Shown piece after piece: positions 1 to 14,100 of a DNA stretch of 64,000 bases. Location of the stretch: the NCBI GenBank assembly GCA_036172245.1, contig JAYWIR010000016.1:806001-870000 (forward strand), read 5' to 3'. This DNA is from Raillietiella orientalis (taxonomy: Eukaryota). Every line of letters begins with the position of its first letter. Position 1 is the first letter of the stretch. Below the pieces are notes generated by a model. That model saw only the letters and a program-made list of their open reading frames with translations. It searched no databases and was not told the DNA's origin. The position numbers and the translations under genes were made by a program.

Positions 1-299
1 GCCTCCATTTTGGACAAAAAGCTGAGGATGCGAGGGAATTCCGGGCATGAGAGTGGACAGGATGAAGTCGCAGATCAATGCGGCGTGGACAGGATGCTTC
101 GGATCAAAGCCAGAAAATAAGTAGTTTAATAGAATATTTTGTTTACATCAAAAAGGAAAATTTCTTGTTTTCAGTTAAAACTAATAAGACAGAAATATCT
201 GTATTAAATTTAGGATTTAATTATGCTTGAAGCTGTTAGTAATGATTTTTACATGTGATTTTATATTGGTTAAAATAATAAAGTGTATATAAAAATTTT

Positions 300-720
300 A
301 AAAATGAAATATGTAGTATTTAATTTTAATTGAATGTCCATGGGGATCCTCCTGGATAGCACCATGGAATACTTGATGTGTCCTTTGGAAAAAACTTCTG
401 TCTTGTACAGGTTTGCTCCGGTTGTCCTCAGAAGATACAGAAATGGCGCTGGCACTGTTCCCAAATGGAAAGTCTTGCTTGCTGGGACGAGACTCCATTT
501 GATCCAGGACTTCATTCTCCGGCCTCATTTTTTCGTTTCCCTCCCGTCATGAGGGGAGAGACATAAGACGGACGGCCTCCTGCGGAAAGCTCTGGGGGGC
601 TTCATAAGGCCGAAGTTTTGCCTCGAAGACCTGGTAACACCTCGAAGAAATGTAGGATTCGGCATCTTCACGATTGGGAAGATGAAGCCACAGCTCCAGT
701 TTAGGATGATGGTCGTGATG
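300..720 (-). mobile_element. Decayed 3' end of an L1/Tx1-like ORF2
   Basis: Degenerate Cys/His C-terminal motif (CGF..NREDAESYISSRC, across a frameshift) followed by an AT-rich tail. Confidence 0.4.
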
Positions 721-729
721 GCTGAGAAG

Positions 730-1953
730 TGGAGGAGGGGGCTTCTGGTGATGCCGCCTGCACACAAAATCCTGAGGCGCGCGGACGGTTGCGAGGGCAC
801 GGCATCGCTTCTACCTTACAACCGAGATCGCACGGAGGCGCTCGCGTTGCCACCAAGGCAGATCTCTGTACTGTGGAAAGATCATCCGGAGATCTGTGCC
901 GCCCCGAAAGCAACAACCCTTGGAAGCAGGAGGTGGTGGTCACCTGGACCCGCATCACGCGCGCTGACTCAGAGTTCACACGTCTCATCTGCAACCTGGG
1001 AACAGCCTCCCTGGAGGGAGTAATAAGGGACCAGAAGGGGTCCGTAGCCACTGCGGCTTTTCTAGCCGCGACGCTGTCCTCCCTACGGAAGAGAAATGAC
1101 GGTTGTCAACTGGCAGGCTGGGTGACCTCGTAGCAAGGGCGACAACACTGGCGAGCGAGTGGAACTCGGGTCCGTTGTCTGACGCGGATAAACCCAGAGT
1201 GAGCTCCAAAGGGCTGCTCCGTCGGGAAGAAACCTCGACATTCCGTCGTCGTGGATCGTAACTCCTCAGACAGCTCCGTTCTCCCCCCCAGATGGCAGCA
1301 CGAAGAGGTGCAATCAGCTGGCCGTGCAATCAGCGGCGGCGACATCGCTGGACGTGAGCGAGAAGCGTCCCTGCTGACTGAGAGCCAGCGGCGGAGAAAT
1401 GGGATCTCTCGTGCGCCTGCTGCTGGAACGCGGTGACCCTCGTGGAAGCTCGCGGGGAAACCTCGCGACTGCTCCACCTCGACCGGAGGACATCCCGGAA
1501 GGGCTTCTGCGGAACTGCTGCTCGTGGGACGTGCTTTCGCCTGCTACCTCGATCCTGAGTCGCATCCGGAGGATAGTGATGTCCCGGAACACTGAGGAGG
1601 AGAGTCAGCAGGGAAGGTGCACCGCACGTCTCAAACTCCGCAGTGATAGGATGTAGCGAAATAGCCTTTCAAGGATGTCCGATTCACGGAACACGCCGCT
1701 TGCATAGCACTCAGGTTTCAGCAGACGCGTCACGCGTCACCGATGACCCCTGTCCCTTCATACCCTTTTATTTATTTGTCGATTGATTGTCTTCCCTTCC
1801 CTACATCCTCCACGGCCTTCTGTGCAGTCAGCCTTATTTTCTTTTTCTCCTCCCCGTACTATTTTCATGGACCAGTGGAATTTCTGATCCATCGTGGCCT
1901 CTTTATCTTTCTTTTTTTTTTGGAGGAGGGGGTGGGAGAATAAACTCCCTGAC
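730..1953 (+). mobile_element. L1/Tx1-like non-LTR retrotransposon, 5'-truncated and decayed (family X)
   Basis: NNPWKQEVVVTW..SLEGVIRD..LAATLSSLRKRNDGCQLAGW aligns with the 43701-44363 ORF (NYNAWRQKSVDSW..SLQDVMQD..LAEALSALEDREDSSQLASW). Ends AATAAACTCCCTGAC. Confidence 0.75.
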
Positions 1954-2699
1954 GCAACCATTTCAGGTGGGCATGGACACCACCTGAAATGCTTCAAGAT
2001 CCGAATTACTCCAGTCAAAGACGCTGCATACTGTCTGACGCACCTTCCTCGCATCCTGGGAGTCACCGTGACTGTCCTGATCCTTTCGATCCTAGTGACT
2101 TTCGTGGTCCCGAGAATCTGTCGGAGTCGATTCCCCGTGTGGACCTCGCTTCTCCCTGAGTGGCAGTCCGAAGGGAAAGAGAGAAGAAAAAAGGGACGCA
2201 TGCCGGGCTCAAAAGGCTCGGAGTCCTCACCCCTCCTCCCTCACTCCTTTCAGGGATCGCACCTCCCTGGAGGGCAACTCGAAGCGGCACCTAATAGGAT
2301 GCGTCCCTCTCAGCAGGCGGGGCGTTCCATGGTCACAGAAGGGCTGCGCAGCTCTTGGTCTTGGGAAAGAAGGCATCCCCGCGCAGTGCCCTCTTCTGGC
2401 AATCCCTGAGTGAAAACCTCGGAGAAAGACACGCCAGCAGGGGACCCTCTTCCTTTTCGCCGTGGCTACCATGGTAGCAGGGGACCTCGTTTCCGGCTCC
2501 CCCCCTAGCTTATGATCTGCAGTCACTCCCCGCTCTCTGTCTCCTGCCGTTGGCAAAGGCATAAGGGCGGCAAGGGGAAAGAGAGGTGAGGAGGAAAACT
2601 TCCTCTCCCACGCTTGCCGTTCTCCGAGGGGAGGAGAGAAGGACGCATCCCGGAAGGCCATCAGGGAAGTCCGAAAACCTCCTGTCGCGGGGCGACGGC

Positions 2700-4150
2700 T
2701 CTTCTCCCCTTTGCTGCCTTGGAGACCTCTCCCTGCTCTTCCGACCGCTATCAGCACTGAGATGGTCTCGGATGGGTGCCGCAGACACCGCCTCCATCCG
2801 TTCCGCATTCCTCCCGGGTTTTTGTTTTCCGCCTTCCGGATGCTTCTGCAGAGACTGGAATCCGAGGGAGCGCGGGATTCCGAGTCCCCAGCCAGCGGTT
2901 CGCCGTCCATGCGAAACGGAGAGAATCTGATAGAGCTGGAGCTCCTCTTCCGGTCCCGGAAAGCACGGTATCCATCCGCTCTTCGTAGAGCCAAACGACG
3001 CAGGTGGAACAAACAGGCGAGGCGTCCTCTTTCTGATTGGACGTCGGTCATGCGCCGGGCGACTGACAGCCGGAAGGAAAGAAAGACTTCCCTACCTGGA
3101 AGACTCCACGTGTCCCTGGAGATCAGATCACGTGCCGCGCATTTCCTTCGAACATGCTCGCGACGCAGACCTCATGTGAATGCAGCGCGAACTCCGCGGG
3201 AGCGTCTGTGCTTAGGACGTCTCTTTTCCGCATGCACGCGACCTTGGCCGCACGAGCACCCGATAGTGGGCGGTCCCTTTCTCCTCCCGAACTCGCCGTC
3301 TGCGGATCGACGGCACTACTGAGGAAAAGCGAAGATCCTCTGCATCATCCAGGTTGGAACCTGCTTTCCCGGAACATCCGGAGAACCTCGCCACGTTGTC
3401 AGGCTGCCGCAGCATCCGCGCAGCGAGGTCGCCGCGTTCCCTGGAGCAGGTGGAAGGAGCACGTGCGTGACGGAATCGCTTCCAGATTCCCGGTTTTAAG
3501 GGAAGCTCTCGCGGGAGTCACCCTCCGACGCCTCCTTCCTGATAGGGTTGCCTTTGGCTGAGACTGCGTTCCAGCCGCTCCAGAATTCGGTTCCTATCAG
3601 ATGACCAACTCGAAAGTCTCCGCCTCGAGTCTCCCTCGTTTGCTGACCTCCTTCTTGGTCAGTAAAGAGGAAAAAAGCAGCACAGAGGAAGGTCTGGTTT
3701 TCAAGTGACCGGTCCCGGTGATGTCTCGAAGAGAAAAAGTGACCCATCCGTTCCTGCACCTCCAATTCACGAGATTTGCTCAGCATGTCTAGGGGAAAAG
3801 AAAATCTGCAAGAACAGTGCGGTACAATTGCGGTGGAAGGTATTCCGACGGATCAGACTCGCGACAGGAGGGGGATCAGCTGTTCCAGAAGTTCGGGGTC
3901 AATCAGCCCTCCGATTTCGATTCTTCATCAGTCTCCAACCACCCTTACCAGACATCCACCAGAGGAATCACCCTTTTTGCCTGAAAGGTGGATGGTAAGA
4001 TGCTGGAGAGGGAGAGCAACCTCATCGGAGCAAAAGTCGCGCGCTCTTGACGCCTTCGTCTCCCTCATCCCCACCCCGTACTCTTCAAGCTGAAGTTTGC
4101 GGCGCGCTGCTGCTGCCGTTTTTGCAGAGAAGGTGCAGCTGTCGTTTTAA
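2700..4150. mobile_element. Scrambled L1-like ORF2 fragments (RT N-terminus on +, APE endonuclease on -)
   Basis: + strand LRRLLPDRVAFG*DCVP near 3520-3575 resembles ELLKDVAAGSDCVP near 45.1 kb. - strand GVGMRETK and SSGGCLV resemble the APE N-terminal motifs. Confidence 0.45.
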
Positions 4151-4159
4151 TCAGGACAA

Positions 4160-6080
4160 GCCGGGGTGTTTATTCATGAAGAAGTAGGGAAGGAGAGGGG
4201 AGAGAAACCTAACATGTTGGGAACGCAGTTCTCAGAAAACAACAAAAAGGAGTTCAGAGGGAGGATTCACCACCACACACACCCGGGTTCTGAAGAGATC
4301 AAAAGTGAGAGACAATGGTCAATGAGTTCATCAGAGAAGAAAGAAGGGGGAGGGTGGGGGTAATGGTTTTTGGTCACCTTTGTTTTCTTGAACCGGAACG
4401 GAATGCTGGCGATCTCCTGGAGACACTCATTCTTCCAGGTGAGGCCACCTCGCAGCCGTCCTTAGGTAGGCGGCTACATGAGGGCTTGGGCTACACCTCC
4501 CAACGACTTCCCCTCGCTGCGTCCGAGACTCCAGCCAGCACATGGCGGGCAGTGACCATAGCGCGGGTGCAACTGATCGTTGCGATTCGTTGGCGCCCAA
4601 CCGGTACTTCACGTCGCGCAAAAGGATCGCCTCAGCGAGTCCTTGGCGGTATCCTTCAGGAACAGGAGTGCTGAACACAACCTCCGCCACAGTTTGTGAG
4701 GAACACCCGCAGTCCATCAAGAGATGGGGAAACAATTCGATCGCCCTGCATCTTAAACAGTTTGGGGACATAGCTCTCCTGGAAAAGACACGCCGGCTCT
4801 GATTACACGGGAACCTCCAATGCAAGAAAAAGCAGAACCTCTGCTTCCAGTTTATGGGGAAGACCGAAAGAGGGACCACGAGTTCTATGGAAGCACACTA
4901 AGTAGTTCTCTCCACTGAAGCAGTCTCATCCCCCGAGAACGAGTGGAAGCGAACTCCAATTCGTGGTCCTCCAGCCGACGAGGCGTTTCACAACTCCTGC
5001 AATGGCGTACGAAAACTCCCACCCCGCCGGTTGACAGTTGTCGTCGCTTGCCTTTAGGGCAGACAGAGCGGCGGCAGGGGGTATGACGGCTATCCCGGAT
5101 TGCTTGGTCTAGTCCTGCCGGACTTCTTCTGGAGGGTCGCAGAGAAAAGCTCGTAGGTGACGGAGGACTTCTGGGCTCACATCCAGAGTGGCAACCCAGA
5201 CCTCTGCTTCCTCCTGCATCCAGACATTCCAGTTCGTGGCGAGTCGGGATATACAGGATTGGACTTGGGCTTCCAGAAGTGAGACCAGTTGCCTCAACGG
5301 AAAGCCGAGTCCACCCATCTTGTGCCGGGTCTGCGGCAGCGTCAAAAGAAGTCCTTCTCTGCAAGTGTGCTGTCTAAAGATTAGGCGTGAGAACACACCA
5401 GGGCGAGGTCCACAATTTGGCACGCCGAGGTGTGGCTCTCCGGGATGCATGCTCCAAGTGCGCGCACCACTGAGGAGTTCCTGGAACCAGACACGCTCCA
5501 GAAGAACATATCCTTATGTCAGGTACTTTGGCATCCTCCCTCACACAAAAGCCTATAAGCTCCTAATTCCCCTTCTTCCCACCTCCCAGCCCTACTTCTT
5601 CTTGACAAGAAGGATACGCCCAGGGAGTTAGTCCGTTCTCCTTGCACTCGTCCCTCTCGTTCTCGTTGGGAATGGCACCTGGGATCCATGCTCTGACGTG
5701 GCATTTGGGTGGAGGAGACCAATCCCAGAGAGAGTTTGGTTGCTCCCCTGAGACCAGATAAGAAGCATCCACTCTCCAAAGTGCATCAGAAGTCTCAGCA
5801 CCGCTACACGAGAGGACGATGGCTGCTGACCTCAAGTGAAAAGAACTTTATCTCTAACGTCTCCAGAATAGCTGTGGCTATTGTCCATCGGGACTCATCG
5901 CAGTCCTCAGCAGCCGCCAACTTCGAGCTTCCCCAGAGTCCAGTTTGGGGTCAGCTGGTTTCGCCCTTCTAGAAGACTCCTGCGATGCAGGTGCACAACC
6001 GACTGGAGTAGGGCAAGCTGGGTGGTGGCGGATCCTCACTGGGTGCTGAAGCGTCTGTCACGAGCATTTCAGAGGGGAGG
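4160..6080 (-). mobile_element. L1/Tx1-like retrotransposon, decayed (family X)
   Basis: Zn-finger-like C-terminus FFLHWRFPCNQS..SPNCLRCRAIELFPHLLMDC, frameshifted RT remnants upstream, and 3' end AATAAACACCCCGGC. Confidence 0.8.
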
Positions 6081-8419
6081 GACCTAATCTCCTCACCCCT
6101 TTTTTGCGTTCCTTCTGGACCAGGGCCTCCAGGTGATGGCGGTCCCTCCGAAACTGCCTGCAGCTTACTCGGGGCGCCGACCACTCCCCCCTTTTCCTGA
6201 TTTCGAAGTGGACTCCTCTCCTTCCCGAGGCGTGGGTCGAAAACCGAGGATCGAAGCAGGAGTCTATGGTCTCGGCTGCGAGAGAGAGACCTCAGAGGAA
6301 GGAATCTCCTCCATGCGAAAATCGAACCGAATGAAGCGCAGCGCTTTTCTCAATCCCCGCGAATGGGGGAGGACTCCTCCCTGAGCTCCGATGAAGATAC
6401 CCTGATGCCCACGTCGTTGGACGACCCCGCTCTTATTGAGAGGCTGGAATCCGCATCTCATCCGCTCTCCTCGTTCCGGTTTCTCCCATCTGATACCCTT
6501 TCCTCGTTTCTCTGCTTCTCGTGCCACCTGCCGTGATTTTTCGACGTCCACTGTTGGCGACGAGAAACCTCATCCTACGGAGCGATCGATCCCGGCTGTT
6601 CGTCTCCTCTTGCTGGGAGACTCGATCTTGTCCATCATCTGACACAGGTTCTCGTTCCTTCCTGGACGTCTCGCCTTCCCCCTTCTCCTTACGGACGCAC
6701 AAATACTCTCCTCCATTATCCATGCTCCCTTGCACCGAAGCTGAGGATCTTCTTTCCACGAGCCACAGCCTTTGCCAACAGCACCCGCGCTTAATCCTGG
6801 CGTAGAATGCAAGGACTAAGCGCGGGTGCTGGTGGCAAAGGCTGTAAAATGCAAGGGGAAGGATCAGACAAAGGGAACGATGCTCCGAGCGGTGTGCTGC
6901 AGCCACCATTCGAGAGAGAGGGGGAGGGAGAAGGGGAAAGAGAAGCAAGCACTTCGAAGGAGGAGGAGCAGACGCCACGAAGGGAGGTTTTGCTGGACTA
7001 GCTCCGGTTGAAAGGAGGAAAGGGGGGAGGAAGAAGAAAAAGAGTCGAAAAGCTGCTTGCGAAGCGTGGACATGACACCTCCTCTCTCCCTTTCCTCTCC
7101 CTCTCTGTAGCCTGGGGGAGGGGTCCGTGGACTCGGGCCTCCGGCGGCGGCGGTATAAAATTCCTTCCGGTTTGCTCGAGGTCTGCTCATCACCCCCCGA
7201 GGGAGGGAATATCTTTGAGGAGGAAGTTGTTCTTCAGTCCAGAAAGGAACCCAGGAAGGCCGGCTTTGTGTGTGTGTGTGGCTAACGGCATGGCTTTTCT
7301 GCTGGGGTCGCCTTGGCGCCCATCCGGGGCATCAGGAACTCCTTACTTCCGTTGCCTTCCGCGACTTGCTGAAGCGCCTCTGTCCGAGTTCCAGCTCGCG
7401 AAAACGCCTTTGCATCTCTCCCACCCGGGCCGATTGGGATGCTCGGTAGTGTGGCCGGTCCACTCCGATCTCCTCCTCGTCACGGCATTTCTCACGCTGT
7501 GCTTGCCAGAGATGCAGTTGCTCGGAGGTATTCAAGGGACCACTGCCGAGAGAAGCTGGACCTCCGAGGCCGGGTGCAACGTTCGGCGGTCCTGAGGGAA
7601 GGGGGGATGCTGTTGCTTAGATTCCCCCCTGTTCCTGCTCTGGAGATCCCAGGAGAACGAAGGATTCGCGGGGGTGAATCGACTCTCACTGGAAGGCCGT
7701 GTCGTCCTTCCATCGTCCCTTCCGTGGTGCCCTCGGTGACCGGTCCAAGGATCATCTCTTTTTCTCAATCCTCCGAGCTCAGGCTGAGGCCGGGCTCAAG
7801 CTCTTTTTTTTTTTTTTTTCGAGCAGGGAAATCTCAGGACACGATCTTGGGAGCGGAAGGAGACGGAAAAAGTCAGCGGCAGCAGAGACAGACGGGAAAG
7901 AGGGAATCGCGTGAGTTTTTATCTGATGCCGGCCGCCTCGTGTCTCCCGACGGATTGGGTTCGACGATCCTACCGATGGAGATCGAACCAGACGTGACTC
8001 CAGAGCTAACGAGGCGCTCGCTCGAGGGTAGGTGACATCTCGGCGGAGGCGTCTCCTCAGCGGAGGGGCTTTCGAGAGACGGAGGGGTTCTACCAGGGAA
8101 AGCGGCGCGCTGGGTAGGAACAGAAGGGTGGGAATGTGAGGGGGGAGAGAGGGGTCCAGAGGGTGCCGCGCGCCTCCTTTCCCTCCTTCTCTGGAGAACA
8201 AAGGGTGCGACGCTTCCTTCTCCCACCGAGGTCTCTCCAGCTCTTCCTCGTCGTACTGCTTGCTCCATCTCTCGGCCGTCTGCCGCACGAAGCACTGCCT
8301 CTCCCGAACCTTCCCGATGGGCTCCTGAGGCGCATCCCAGTGACAAGGTGGAAGCATCGGATCGTTGGTTCCCCGTTCCCTTCCGCCACCCTTCGACCGC
8401 TCAGAACTGTCACCTGAAA

Positions 8420-9650
8420 CGTTCTTTCATCCGAAAGGAATGAGGAAACTGCAGGGGGAATTTTAGGTTCGGAAGAAGCAGTCTCCTCCGATGACCACTA
8501 GAAGGGTGATCGAAAAGGGAAGGGTCCAGGAAACAAGGAATGTTACTCCACTTTGTTCGATGCTGCAGCGCTGTGTGAGGTATCCTTGGGAAGCTGCTTT
8601 TTCCCAGTGCTCTGTTTCTGCACGCACCTGCGCGTGGTCGACCACCCTTTCTCCATGATGCAGCAAGTCTTCGCGAGCGCGGCGTCCCGGTGCGGCATCG
8701 CTGTCAGTCGCAGACAGTCGGGAGAGCTCCTCATCTTGAGGATGATGTAGGTCTGGGAGTCAAGTTCCTTGCACGTCGTGGGGCGTGCAAGCCGTCGAGG
8801 GCCCCTGCGTGGCCACCAGAGTTCTGAGCATAACGAGGAAAAGTCTTTTTTTCCCCAAAGCACGAGCGCGTCCGGGAGGAACACCCCTGAGCCCTCTTTA
8901 ATGAAAAAATTCAGAGGAATCCTCCATTACGTTCCTGAAAAACTCAAAATAGGGCCTCGTGGGTCGCGCTGCTCGCATCCGTCGGTTGCGAGGCGTGTGC
9001 GCATTTACTCTCAGGAGTCCAAGGTTTCCCTCTTCGTTTTCAGCTGCCTGCGCAGGAGGGGCTGTTACTAGATGATGCTTCTTGCTTGTCCCGACAGCCC
9101 GTCCTCATCACTTGGGCGCAGGCGTCTCTTTCGGAGAGTCCGTTTCGGGGAACCATTGAATCTCACCTAAAAGCATCGATGGATTCGGCGGAGAGCATCC
9201 ATCAGTAGTCTAAAGTGGGACTGCGGTGTGACCCGACCTTCGCACGGGACCATTTTTTCCAGCTTCGGACGTCAGAGATTTCTTCCCTGACACGACCCCA
9301 GGCCCGGTTGCTGATCTTGAAGACCACGGTCTTCGGACTGTTAAATGATCGAGTCATCGATGTGCAAACACGAAGCAGGACGAGTCTCCAAAGGACCATC
9401 GAGAAAGAGGTGACCGTTGTAGCGGTTATCTCCTTCTCACAAATGCATTTTGGGAGAGGAGACCCCGGATCGGTGCAATGTCCCCATTGCTAAAAGTGAA
9501 ATGGCTCTGACAAAGATATCATAAGGTTCTATGGCTGCTCCAAGGGTGTGCTCCTGGAGCACGGCTCTGCACTTTCCTGACGCGGAGGAAACTGCTTGTT
9601 GTGGCGTCTCCTGTTCCGGTTGCTCATGCCGTCTCCATCCTGCGTAAGAA
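8420..9650 (-). mobile_element. Decayed L1-like fragments (endonuclease and RT pieces)
   Basis: QSGVTFLVSW..VIGGD (APE-like) and SFNSPKTVVF (RT domain 6-like); many stops. Confidence 0.4.
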
Positions 9651-9689
9651 TCGATCCAGCATGACGAAGACACCCGACATGAAACGCCT

Positions 9690-10310
9690 GCCAACATAAC
9701 TGGACACGAGTGTGTGTGGACCCTCAACTGTGGCAGGTGTGGAGAGCGTGAACCCTTCCTGCACATGCTAGTGGACTATGTTGCCCTCCGGCACCTCTGG
9801 GAGCTCTTTTCCGCGGCCCTAGGAGCCCCCGGAGGCAACTCCAGGGACGCTCTGAAACCCCTCCTCGTTCGCGAAGCCCTCCGGCCGGCCGTCTCGTGAG
9901 CAGCCTTCTGCTGCTGTGAGGGATCGTCGCTGTCTGGAGCGACCCAAGAGGAGGACCGAGTGACAGGGGTGCCGTTTGCTTCGCCATCTGCTTCATCAGG
10001 ATGGTCACGAGAGGACTCCACTTGGACAGCCATTTCCAGCAAGAGCTTGCCGTCATCCTACAAAAGATGCAGAGGACCTCCTCCAGCAGACAGCAATCCT
10101 TCCCTGCATCCCCCATGCCCTCAAATTGTTTTATTTTTCTTTTGTTTCTTTTTCTTTTTGTTTGCCCCCTCCCCTCTGCTGCCGTAGCGGACCTCACCGG
10201 TCTGGGAACCGACAACGCGGCAGATTAGATCCAATAAGAGCGGAGTTGGACCACCAGTCCAACCACAGAAATTGTAAATACTTATTTAATTTATAAACAA
10301 ACGTCCCGGC
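9690..10310 (+). mobile_element. Short 3' fragment of a family X retrotransposon
   Basis: NCGRCGEREPFLHMLVDY Zn-finger-like motif, pyrimidine-rich UTR, hairpin at 10245-10263, and end AACAAACGTCCCGGC. Confidence 0.8.
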
Positions 10311-11160
10311 GTACCCGGGTGAGAATCAAACCTTGTTTTCGAGTGCTCAAAGCAGCAGCACAGATCAAGGATAGTGATGACGCTCACTGTCCTTCCGAAG
10401 TGGCAGGCGTGGCCGGACTTTCGAAAGGACTTTCGGGATGGGCTGATCGCAGGCAACGGTCCATCGCCGCTTCCACACCACCTCCTCGTCGCCCTTGGTT
10501 GCGTCTCCCGTGGGAGGAGGCCGGCACGTCGCAGGAAAGGGCCCAGCGTGCGCCGCACCGCGACCTTCTGCACGCGCCGCCCGCACCTTCGCTTGGGGTC
10601 TCTCGCACAGAGCTGGCAGCAGGATGAGGCGAGTCATCACGTGTAACAAGAGACGATGAGGGAACCGCGCATATCTTCGCCGACCGCCGACTCGGAGAGA
10701 GATGCCCTTCCCACGGTCGAATCCTAGGGTTGGTCTGTTCACGGAGGTAGCGTCTCATGCCCCCGAATGTTCCGGAAACAGATTCCCTGCATATTTTCTC
10801 AGCAAAAGGAGAGACTGCGAAAGTACGTGCGAGGGAGCTATCTGCACAACGAGCGCTACTCAAGTGGACGCAGCTCCTCTCAGTGGTCCCGGAGGTGCAA
10901 CCCGATATGTCACGTTCGGTCCGCAGTCTCGTGTCCGCTGGAGGGGCGGAGGGGGAGGATGACATGGGACCGCAGTCAAGACACGCGAAGGCAGCCTCTT
11001 CGGCACGTGGAGAGAGGAAACGCACCGGGAGCTGGAAGGAGGAAAACCGCGGTCCCCACGTCCATCTGATAGGCAAGCAGGAGGGTGACGGACTAAGCCA
11101 CACCCAGTCTGATGCTCTGAAGTCAAGAGACGCGAGGGTCGCAGGAAGTCCTCTGTAACC
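10311..11160 (+). mobile_element. Decayed L1-like ORF2 C-terminal fragment
   Basis: DALPT..CP..VPETDSLHIF, a zf-RVT-like motif split across frames. Confidence 0.5.
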
Positions 11161-14100
11161 GCCGGGGTGCCTATTTAATGAAAAATAAACCATTGGGGAC
11201 GCGCTGGTTCCCGACTGAAGATACAGGAAGTTGAGGAGGGTTCACCGACACGCTGGTCGGAACATTTAAAAAATAGGGATAGTAAATAAATAAATAAAGG
11301 GAGGGTGGAGACGGATCGACGGTCTCGGCCGCTCTTTCCTCCTAGAACGGGCGCTGGATGCCGGCGATCTCCTCCTTAACTTCTTGTACCAGGTGAGATC
11401 TACCTTGAAGCCGTCCTCATGTAGGCTGGTGACCTCCCTTCGCTTCGCTTCTCCGTCTCGAGCACATGGCGGGCCGTGACGAAGTCGCGATCACCGCACC
11501 GGTCGAGCGTGCGTTGGGTGCGAAGCGCCGCAGTGCAGGTCACGTGAGTTGTCCTCCCGGAGCGAGAGCGCTAACGCCAGCCTCCGCCGCAGTTCTTGGA
11601 GGGCACCGCAGTCGAAAGGTCAGGTGCGGAATCGACTCCACCGATCCGCACCGGGCACACAGTGCGGGGATGCAGCTCTTCCCTGGAAGCACGATGCAGA
11701 CTCTGATTGCATCGGAGTCCCCAGTGCAGAAAGAGCAGCATCGTCTTTTCCCATGTCATAGGGAACACGGAAGTGTTCAAAAACAAGGGAGGGACCACAA
11801 GCTCCTCGGGGAGACTTTCAACTGTTCGGACCATCGAAAGAGTCCCTTCGCCCGGAAGCACGGAGTGGCGACATTCATCAACTCGCACGTCTTCCAGCCA
11901 CCAAGGAGTTGCGTCTTTCCTGCAGTGGTGAAGGTGAGTTCTCGCCTCGCCGGTAGGCCACTGTCGTCGCTTGCCCTTAGGGCAGACAGAGTTGCGTGAA
12001 GTGTGGCCTCCAGCTTGGACCACCTCGTTGATCCCAGCATCACCGCTTCCAGAAGATGGCCGAGGAAGTGACCCAGGGAAAGGAGTTCCTCCGGGTACAT
12101 TCCCTGGTATGCAGCCTAGGATACAACCGCCTCCTGCCTCCAGATATTAAAGTTCAGAGGGCAGCAGGAGATCTACAGATGGACTTCCAGAAATGAGGCG
12201 AGTCGGCCTCGAGGGGCAAGCCAAATCACCTCACCCTGTAGCAGAAGCTCAGCAGCAACGAAAGCAGACCTTCGCTGCTGAATCTATCCCCCTGAAGATT
12301 CCTGGAGATGCTGAAACCTTAGAAACTTCTCTGTGGGCGCATCTCCGAAAGATGAGACGTGCTGCGGCACACCACGGGGAAGTCCACATCATGGAGCAAA
12401 GTGCCAACATTCGGAACTGAACTTTCAATCCGATTCTCTCCAGCGTCGGGATAGTTAAGTCGGCACCCCGACGCAGCCTTGTATGCCTCTTTCTCTCAGA
12501 CCCATCAGGACGTCCCTGGTATCCCTACGGTGCTCTGCCCTCCTAAGGAGGATGCTTCGTACGAAGGAAGCCGAAATGGCCCTCCACGCGGGGTCATACA
12601 GGGACACGACGCCCTGATCGCGGAAGAGCCCTCGAAGGATCTCTATCCCGTGCTGTATCCTGGTAGTTCCATTGCCTGCATGACCACTCTCCAGTCCTGG
12701 GAGAGAGTTCTGCAGGTGTGGAGATGCAAGCCCATTTCTTTCTAAGCTTCCGCGTGCAGGGTAGTTTGCTCGGGTTCGTGGCCCAATGTCGGATCCTTGT
12801 GCCACACAGGATCGCTCCGTGATGGAACATCAGGAGGCAGTCCTGGATCTCTGACGACAGTTTGGACCTCCAGAGGATGGTTCTGCTGGGTTCAGGGCTG
12901 GTTGACCCAAACCTTGTCCCCAAGTCGACCCCAAAGCTTCCGCGGCGGTGGTCTTCTTCCTGCTGTGGTCATCCAGTGCTCCAGGGTTGACGAGGTTTGG
13001 TTCTTCCAGATCTCGCGGAACTTGTACGTCGATGAGGCGGTGCGAATCGGTCAGAACATATTGCCAGGATCGAATCATCGATGTGGTTAGAGCATAGGTT
13101 CCCAAACTTACTTGGCCTACCGCCCCTTTTTCAGATAAAAAAAAATTACTCAGCGCTCCCCCTGAAAATGCAGCCTCCTTAAGGGAACAAACAGGAAGAT
13201 GTAATGACAAACTTGCGTTATTTCAGGTACCTATATTTCTATCTGCGTCACAGAACATAGTAAGAAAAGACGTTGTTAAATAACAACTAAAATCGAGGAA
13301 TAATTAACTTCAGAAATACATCAATATGCAATTTAAAATCAGCTATTTACAATTTACATTACATCTATTTTCCGCTCATTAAAATATTAAATTTTCCTTT
13401 ATTAACACGTGCCTTATTTACCAATTAACACAGATGGAAATGAGATGTAGATAAATATCAATGATCGACAGTTTTTTTACGATTTCGTTCTCCCGCTTTC
13501 GTTAATGTTCCAATGAAAAATTGGACAAATACGTCAGCTGTACGCTTCAGGAAGTATTGTACCGACACAAGCCTGCTACAATTTTATTATTAGTAAACAC
13601 CAGAAGACGCAGAAACGTATGGTAGATATGTAAGTAAACGCACACATACACTCACACGTAACTTTCTGTTTCATCAAAACCGTCTTAAAAATGAATGCAC
13701 TCACACCCTTTTTTTAACCATTTTTCGCACAGTTGAGGAACACTATAAATTTGATTCCATAATTTCGCCTATTGATGGCGTCGTAAGTGACGCAGGTGAT
13801 GACGCATGCGTTCCCGCAGATGGATGCTGAATTTTCCGACACGCGCGTCTGTCTGCTCCGTGAGGAGACCTCTTTGCTGACTTAACCACCGACAGATCAC
13901 AACTTGCATTTTGCGTGTTTGTTTGGGAAACAAAGTACCTGACCTAACAACGACTTCCCATGATACACAACGGATGAAATCTGTACGGACGTTTTTTTTT
14001 TTTTAAAAAAAGGATTTCTTACCTCCTGCTCTTTCTGTATGCTTTCACCGCCCCCTCCCCCATTTTTATTCCCCCAGTTGCACTTGAGGCCACGATCGCT

